A model generated the notes under the pieces. It saw only the letters and a list, made by a program, of their open reading frames with translations. It had not been told where the DNA came from and made no database searches. The position numbers were made by a program, and so were the translations under genes. 64,000 nt of DNA from Eledone cirrhosa (Eukaryota). Shown here in pieces: positions 56,329 through 64,000 of the stretch. Numbering within the stretch: position 1 is the stretch's first letter; every line of letters starts with the position of its first letter. Location of the stretch: the NCBI GenBank assembly GCA_964016885.1, contig OZ024743.1, positions 172,484,001 through 172,548,000 on the forward strand, given 5' to 3'.

Positions 56329-57149
56329 AGGCCGTACAAAGTGCAAAATGACGAACCACAGATCCGGAAATAGTGCAGTCTTTTTAGTAAAAACTTTCCT
56401 CTGAGAATTCTGAATGATCTATTAAACTTCAAATGTAATAATATCCGCTGGGTGTAGTCTGCAAAATAGACGTTAAAATGCTGAAGTGTCGTTATTAACA
56501 ATAAATTCTCTAGGTATATTGAAATGCTGTATATTATTAAAATTATTACACTTTTATCAAAGAATTTTATCAAGTAATTAATCAAAAAGTTTCTATCAAT
56601 AACTTTATATCAGATGGAATTTTTAAAAAAATGTTAAACTCTCTAAAGAAACTTATTTATACATATTCCAAAATATGAGTGGATAAAAGGTATTCCTTTT
56701 ATCCACTAAATCACCTAAACGCTAAAAGAAAAAGATTTTAATTAATTAATAATTTAATAAATTATGTAAAACCTGAAGGTATACTCCTGGAGAAACCAAG
56801 CTAGAGGTAATGGCTAATGTAATGATTAAATACTGATAAAAATAATAATAATAATAAGGATAAAAAATAAATATGACATCAGATCAGGTGGGCTTATTCA
56901 AGATGATAATCTAAATATAATAGAATAAAATAAAATGAACTAACTAGATGGCTAAATGTAATGGGGTGGTTATAATAGATTGTAATCAAAGTGGAAGTGT
57001 ATAGGGATGATATAAGCATATAATGATATTAACATTACTAAAAAAAAATACATATACATATAAGTCTACATAGGTATAGGTATAAATTAGTTACTAAGTT
57101 TAAAATAGTGAAAACAGTGATGATTGATATGTTTACAAGTGGAGAAAAT

Positions 57150-57560
57150 CTCAGATTTCCTATTTAATAAATTTAATTTGGAGAAGATGGGATTCAAGAA
57201 GGCAAATGTTGCAGAATTTATTGGGGGTTTATACGAAGCAGCTTTTGCGGTCACATTCCAGGTTAGGGTGTAAGCTGGATAATTTATAACAGCTTGTTTT
57301 TAAGTCTTTTAATGCTCCTTGTTGCTGATACTTAATCATATTTATATGATCATGCTTTTCATGTACTTCTTGCTTTCCTCTCTTATATCAATGTTAATAT
57401 CTATTATTTTTGCTTTTTCCCATATGCGGGATCCCCAGAATGTTCTTACACAAAGTTATCTGTTCTAACTTTTGATTTATACTCCGGTGAATCCGGCCTT
57501 GTGCTTGGATGAAACGATCGTTAGTAATTAAACGCTCTTTGATTGTTATTTATAACGTAT
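57150..57560 (-). pseudogene. Highly decayed PLE GIY-YIG remnant
   Basis: Minus-strand fragments YTLTWNVTAKAASY and KFCNICLLE. Confidence 0.5.
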
Positions 57561-57589
57561 TTATAAAGTATATATATATATCTATCTAT

Positions 57590-58394
57590 CTAAGGCGGGT
57601 AAAATTCCCGAGATCCATGGACGAGTTCTCTCCAGTGGTCTCTGTCCTTCATTATCGCTGCCATGTCCTGCGTCTCCAACAGACCAGTGTCTGTCCTTAG
57701 GGCATCAACATACGTTAACCTTGGTCTTCCTCTTCTAGTGTGTCCATGTAGGGGCTCCCAAAGGAGTACTGAGTGCAATGTCAACTCTGGATGTCGGTGA
57801 GCATGTCCAGCCAACCTCAGTCTCCTCTGTGTCACTTTTGAGCTGACTTTTGGGATGCTCCCATACAGCTCTGAGTTTTTCATCCTCAGTGTATACTGAT
57901 TAATGTTCAGAGCCATCCTCAGCATTCTCGTGTAGCACCCATCCACCATCTGAGTGAGTTTCTTGGTCAGTGTCCAAGTCTCAGACCCATACAGCAGCAC
58001 AGACTCCACTACAGCAATGAAGAGGCGGATTTTCAGGTCTCTACGAAGGTCCGACTTCCACACCGATCTCAAGCTGTGGCACGCCGCCCAGGCCTTGCTC
58101 TTCCTCTCAACCACATCATCTTCCGTATTCCCAATCTTTGCTCCCAAATACAGGAAGTCCTCAACCAATTCCAGCGGCTTCCCGCCTACATTAGTGATCC
58201 CCTCTGGCTTCTCAACATTCTCTACCAGATATTTTGTTTTAGTCTCATTCATTCTCAGCCCCACACTCATCGACACAGTCTCAACCTCCCGCATCAAATC
58301 CTCTGCCTCCTTCACTGTATTTGTCACTAAAACTATGTCGTCGGCAAATTCAGCATCCGATACCTTTTTCGCCCTAACTCTCCTGCTCTGAGCC

Positions 58395-58397
<3 letters not shown>
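57590..58397 (-). mobile_element. RTE-clade LINE 3' half
   Basis: FADDIVL, GLRMNETKT, FLYLG, VLLYGSETW, RRLRLAGH, GRPR; flanked by (TA)n. Confidence 0.88.
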
Positions 58398-58431
<34 letters not shown>

Positions 58432-58432
<1 letters not shown>

Positions 58433-58824
58433 GAGGGTAATCCTAAAAGTAAGGTCTCCAAAGCGATGGGCACGCAGAGAAACTGTTCGTACGGCTGTTG
58501 GCAACACTGTTGGGATTGGTGCTTCCTTCACTCCCAAACAAGCATACGCGCACTTCACTGGGATGCTCAATCTTGGCTTGGTAGCCGTTGAGAAAAGAGC
58601 TCCCGTTGAACGCTACCGCCAAGTGCGAATTTCGCGCAGTTATTATATAGAGGGCAGTCCCAAAAATAAGGTCGCCTTCCGAGGAAAACATGTGTAAAAA
58701 TCGGCGGATCACTCTGGATGCTCTCTGCATTTTGGTTCCTGAGGTTTCCCGAAGGACCATCCACAGGATTTTAACGGATAAGTTGCAATATCGGAAGGAG
58801 ACCTTACTTTTGGGATTGCCCTCG
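58432..58824 (+). mobile_element. Internally deleted mariner (Tc1/mariner) element, TA TSD
   Basis: TIRs cgagggtaatcctaaaagtaaggtctcc / ggagaccttacttttgggattgccctcg; transposase remnants AKCEFRAVI and NRRITL..VSRRTIHRILTDKLQYRK. Confidence 0.88.
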
Positions 58825-59364
58825 TATGAATGGAATTTATTCCTTTGTTCACACTTTGAATTCGCCCGCCAAAAACCAGGGGTTACTGCCCTTTGGGGAA
58901 AAGGCACGTGATCGGCAGTGGTTTACCGCTACGATTCACACCGGTTCGGGGCACAGAACGGAAGCCTGTTGATAAAGTTAGTCCACAGTTCGGTTATCGA
59001 ATACCAAAAACTTGCATACTGCGCAAGTGAAATTGTTGATTTCGAATTCATAGAAACCTATCGGAGATATTGTTTAATATCGATCGAGATGCTCCAGGTT
59101 TGTGAATACCTGATTGGTTTTTTCGTTGCTTTGGTTTCATGTGGCTGGGTCACCTGTCGCAGTTTTCAATTTGTCAAGCTATATAACGTATGTTATTACT
59201 CTAAGGTGACACAACTTATCAAGTGATTTGCTGCACATTCCTAATTATGTATCGTTAGCTTCGCCACAGCCAAAACTTCGATTTTGCTAAACTTCCATTT
59301 GTGTGTATATATATAGCAGAAGAATGAAGAATAGCATGGTCGACTGTACAATAGAGTTTATTTA

Positions 59365-59477
59365 CAGTATTAACAATTGTTTCTTTAATCAGGTGAGTCT
59401 AAAAGCTGCTGATCGTTAGAAATTACGTCATTCGACCTTAATTACAGTCGGTACCCGACCAAATCGTCGGAATACTG
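59365..59477 (-). ncRNA. Type-I hammerhead with 80-nt stem II, CCGACGA core (family of 31747-31857)
   Basis: Minus strand: cagtatt CCGACGA tttggtcggg...cctgattaaa GAAA CAATTG TT aatactg; 7-bp stem I. Confidence 0.72.
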
Positions 59478-59511
59478 GTGCGTATATAACACGGGGCACT
59501 GGTATTTATAG

Positions 59512-60709
59512 ATACATGGAAGAATAACAGATAGAATATATCTCCCTAGGAAAGAAGGAGGACGTGGGTTAATCCAGTTAGATATTGCGTTGAAAACTGC
59601 AACAATTGGGAATCACATGATTGGATGATCAAACTCGCTTTGAAACACGAAAGCATCAAAAGATCATACTCCATTACAAAAGATGCACAAAGATACAGTA
59701 ATGGACTACAAATTTCAGAAGTCCCATTTACTGCTGAAATAGAAAACACAGATAAAGCAAAGCAGGTAAAAGTAACTGCAAAGAAAGAACTGCTACAGAA
59801 ACTGGCTAAGAAATGGCAAGAAAAGCCTCTGTATGGAAAATACCCAGAAAGAGCTAACAATCCTGATATTGACAAAACTTTAACCCATCAGTGGTTGGCA
59901 TCCTCTGGACTGAAATCGGAGACTGAAGGGCTGATTATATCAGCAGAAGATCAGTGTCTGCCAACAAAAAATTATCAAGCCAACATAATAAAAAGATGGA
60001 TGCAACCCATTATGCCGTGTATGTAAAAAAAACAACCAGAGACCATTGATCATATAATTTCAATGTGCAGTCCTATAGTTCCAACCGAATACCTAAACAG
60101 GCATGACAGAGCTGCACAATATATACATTGGATAATGTGTAAGCATTTTGACCTGCCCCATCAAAAGAATTGGTGGGAGCATCAACCACCTCCCATACTT
60201 GAAAAAGATCACATCTCAATCTTGTGGAACTTTAGCATCCAAACAGACCGAAAATTAGATGCAAATAAACCTGATATAATACTGAAGGACTTTAAAAAGA
60301 GGGTATGCCTGCTAATTGATATAGACAAGAATGTATCTATAAAAACATTTGAAAAGTTGAGCAAGTATAAGGACCTGGAGATAGAAATTGGAAAAATGTG
60401 GAAATTGAGAACTAAAATAATACCAGTGGTTGTAGGCGCTCTGGGAATGATACCTAAGGGGTCTAATGATTACTTATCGCAAATCCCAGGAAACCCGCGT
60501 ATAGGAGAAATACAAAAGATAGTACTAATGGGAACTGCCCATATATTAAGGAAGATTCTGTGAATATAAGTACATCACAAGTCTAAACACCTAAAGATGC
60601 ATGTGTGTGTATGTATGTTCTTTCTTGAACATGGCGGACCTTGTTGTCTCTTGAGGTCATTGGTTGTGACTTGGTGATAACTCGTATGAACATAAAGCAA
60701 GATAAATGC

Positions 60710-60740
<31 letters not shown>

Positions 60741-60742
60741 AA
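59512..60742 (+). mobile_element. R4/Dong-clade RLE LINE 3' part
   Basis: YLPRKEGGRGL, LKSETEG..QCL.TKNY, CRVC..ETIDHI..C..RHD, KPDII, KLSKYKDLEIE, PVVVGALG; (ATA)n tail. Confidence 0.85.
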
Positions 60743-60747
60743 TAATG

Positions 60748-63700
60748 ATTTCTTTATTGGCCACAAGGGCTGACATCAAGAAAAACATTACAGACGGCAC
60801 AGGACGGTACAGGACGGTTCGATGTGGGTTTTGTGCGTGTAAAGATTTTTATTATTTATATAAAAAAGAAAGAAATAGACATACAAACATATATATATAT
60901 ATATAAACAATAAAAATGAAAATTCAAACAATAGGGGGAAACCTCCGAGGGTTACTCGTGGCGAAAACCACACAAAAGACCACGGCCACCCTGACCACCT
61001 AGGCTAGTGCCCTCTCTCAATCTTTAAATTTCTCAAACTACGGGCGTATATTCAGAGCGGTCCCGTTCACTCGGACCATTCTCGCTACATTCACCCACCT
61101 TTGAACAAACTTGCTAGAAAGCAACACTTGCCTCTCCACCCTGATTTTCCTCTTCAAGTGAAACTTGAAAAAGTTAATTAGGGATTCGCCGAAGAGGAAA
61201 GTATCTGTCTTTAACCATTTCAACCTTGTCCACCACACAATCTCTTTCGCCATGGCCACCAAGCAGATGAAAACCGCCTGCCCTTCCTCCTCGAAGGAAG
61301 ACGGCGAGACCTTCAGCACAATGGACTCAGTCGACAACTGGATCTGTGCTACACGCGACACCAACTGTTCGACATAGCTCCACAAGTCAGCAATGCTTGG
61401 GCACTGAACGAATGTGTGCACGACGGTTTCGTCGCTCTGCACGTATCTCGGACAGGCTCGGCTGACGGCACTTCCGTGCCTGTAGAGCTTATCTCGAACC
61501 GGCAACGCTCCCCCGTAGCAGTGCCATGCCAGGGATTTTTGGAAGTTATCCATAGGCCCTGGGCTGAAAGTTCTCCGGAAGAGAGCAAACAGCTGATCTT
61601 CTTCGACGCCCAGCATCTCTCCGAGAACGTCGTCGCTCTACCCCTCAAATAGTCCTCTATAGAACGCCGAGGTGGATGTTCCACCGATACTGGTGCCCAG
61701 CTGGCAGAGGGAAGTGACCGCCTGGAGACATTCCAGTTTCCAAGCGCTATCCCTCGGTCTTTTCCTGACGTAGGACTGCAGTTCCGTCAAGGAGTCGAGC
61801 TGTGGGAAAACATGTCTGGCGAACGGCGACCACACCTGTTAACCGTCAAGGAAGCACCAGAGATGTCGCAGCCTCAGCGCATGTTTGCGCATCATCAGCC
61901 ATGGCATGCCCAGTCTTCCACGCAACGGGTGTTGACAGCAGATGGATCGTCTGACCATGGGAGCGCGTCCCTTCCACAAAAAGCGGAAGAAGAGGCGCTC
62001 CATTTTGGTGAGAGTTGGGCTGGGACAAGGGACGACGGTGAGGCGGTAGCAGATGACGGATGCGATGTACGCATTCGACACCTCTGCTGAGCCTTTCAGG
62101 GACAGCTTCCTCTCGGCCCATTTCTGGGTGAGGGAGGCCACCTTGCTCGTCACCTCGTTCCAGTTTTTCTCCATCTGGAGGTCCGTCCCGAACCAGACCC
62201 CGAGCAATTTAACCGGTCCGTCCGTCCAACGCCTCACGGCGCTGTCGGACGGCATGGACTTGCTTCTCCAGGTGCCGAGCTGCAAGCCCACCGACTTTTC
62301 CTGGTTTATCTTTGCTCCTGTCACCGCTTCGTATTCCTTGAGAGCGGTGCTGAGCATCTGGACGTGTCTGGTGCTCGACACCACCACGGCGATATCGTCG
62401 GCGTAAGCCGACTCCGATTTCTCGCATCCTAGTTCGCGTGGGACGCCCCTCATCACTCCCAGTTTGTGCAGTAACGGCTCGAGAGCCAATACGTACAAGA
62501 GGGACGAGAGGGGACAACCCTGGCGGACCGAGTGCATGATGCTGAACGGCTGCGACAGGTGACCGTTCACCCTCACAACTGAGCAGATGTCGCTGTACAT
62601 CGCAGCGATTCAACCCCTGAAAACGGGCCCGAAACCGGCTGCCTCGAGGACAGCCGCCAGGTACCGATGGTCGACCCTATCGAATGCTTTGGATTGATCC
62701 AAGTTGATCAGGGCCCCACCCGTGCCAGGTTCCTTAACCACCCTCTCTATGATGTATCGCATAAGGTGTAGGTTGTCGTGTATGGATCTGTCCGGAATGG
62801 CGCATGTCTGTGCCTCTCCCACCAGACCCTTGACGACAAGCGCCAACCTCGTTGCTAACACCTTTAACACGTTTAGCAGGGTTATGGGCCTGAAGTTATC
62901 GATAACATCCCCCTTGTTCGGGTCTTTTCTCAGCAGCGCCACCGCTCCTCGTCTCACAAAACTAGGAATGCTCCCGTTCTGTTGTCAGTTGCAGTAGACA
63001 TCTGCTAAGAGGTCACCGAACAAGTCTGGCATAAATGCATAAAGCTCGTAGGGCAGATCATCCAAACTTGGCGATTTACCCCTCGTGCAGCTAGCCATCG
63101 CTTCCCGTATTTCACTGGCTGTTATTGGCTTTTCGCAACACTGTGCTGCAGTCGTCGAGAGCCGAGGCAGTCCATCGAGGTATCCACTGAAGTCCCCGAT
63201 CCGGCCCGCCGCTGCTCCCGAATAGTTCAGCAAAGTGCTGCAGAAAAGCTTCACACATCTGCTCGGGTTCAAGCAGCACGCGCCCGTTTTGATCAGACAA
63301 AGACCGAATTGTGGCTTGGTTGCCACGTCGCGCCTCTGCCACCTGGGGCCCATTGGACGGCTTTTGTCCCCTCGTGTTTCAGAGCACGCGCTCTAGCTCT
63401 GACAACGCAGACTTCGTGTTTTGCGTTGAAGAATTGGTCGAGTGCCAATCTCGCCGCAAGCACGTCGGTTGCGATGCCTGTCCTATACGCCTCTTCTAGC
63501 TTTCTGACTAGCTTTCCCTCTACTCTATTTTCCTCTATCACTACTCCTTTGCTAAACCTAATCTACCCTACTTTAATTGCCCTTTTCAGGGCAAACCACC
63601 ACCTGTTGTTGACGATCGCTCCCGTCAACTCCCGCTTAACTAATACGCTAATCCGGTCTCTGTAGGCGTTGCGCGCCCGAAAAGACGCCTTCAGCTTCCA

Positions 63701-63990
63701 GTAACCGGGCCCTTGCCTATGAAGTCTGTCTATGTCGATCTCACAGATCACAAATTTGTGGTCTGTGTAGTCGACTAACTAACCTTAAAGAGCGGGACGT
63801 TCCAAGAAAGGTCTCTAGACGTCTGAAGATCTGGCCTTCCTGTCCCTGTCGGAGAATAGACGGCTACTAGCCTGAAAGCGTTGCCTTTGGTGCCGCTTAC
63901 GTCCAGCACCACCAACTTACCTTCTGGGTCCAGGAAGATGGTCCGTATGGCGAGACCCAAGCCTTTCCGAAACAACACAGCCACTTAGTT
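60748..63990 (-). mobile_element. L1/Tx1-clade LINE ORF2 (APE-RT-Zn finger), decayed
   Basis: VAVYSP, TDH, GYWKL, KSPSLD.LPYE.Y, FRPITLLN, LDQSKAFDRVDH, VRQGCPLS, AYADD, GRLG.P, CPR..ET..H.F..C; AATAAA near the 3' end. Confidence 0.9.
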
Positions 63991-64000
63991 TCTTGTTGTG

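Overview
AT-rich, microsatellite-dense animal genomic DNA with no recognisable host gene. It is most likely an octopus or other coleoid cephalopod, inferred from a SINE family I recognise from Octopus genomes plus the repeat landscape; this is not confirmed by any search. Nearly the whole window is a nest of retroelements inserted into or next to (TA)n microsatellites. It holds about 10 Penelope-like element (PLE) copies or fragments, including one apparently intact, young element: a 773-aa RT+GIY-YIG ORF at 48589-50910 between two seemingly identical 395-bp pLTRs. It also holds LINE remnants of five clades (Hero-like, CRE, RTE, R4/Dong, L1/Tx1), tRNA-derived SINEs, a Helitron 3' end and a mariner derivative. 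The most striking signal, read by eye, is about 17 type-I hammerhead ribozyme motifs in the PLE pLTRs. In at least five families stem II is expanded into a 46-88 nt structured domain, often with a U4C core (CCGAAGA/CCGACGA) and a mismatched 10.1-11.1 position; standard short-stem-II hammerhead searches would probably miss these. A ~259-bp tandem unit carrying a tRNA-like cloverleaf on a 17-bp extended stem, arranged like a PLE insertion, may be a PLE-mobilised Pol III element. Most six-frame ORFs are microsatellite artefacts. Coordinates and folds were derived by hand and no database searches were run.
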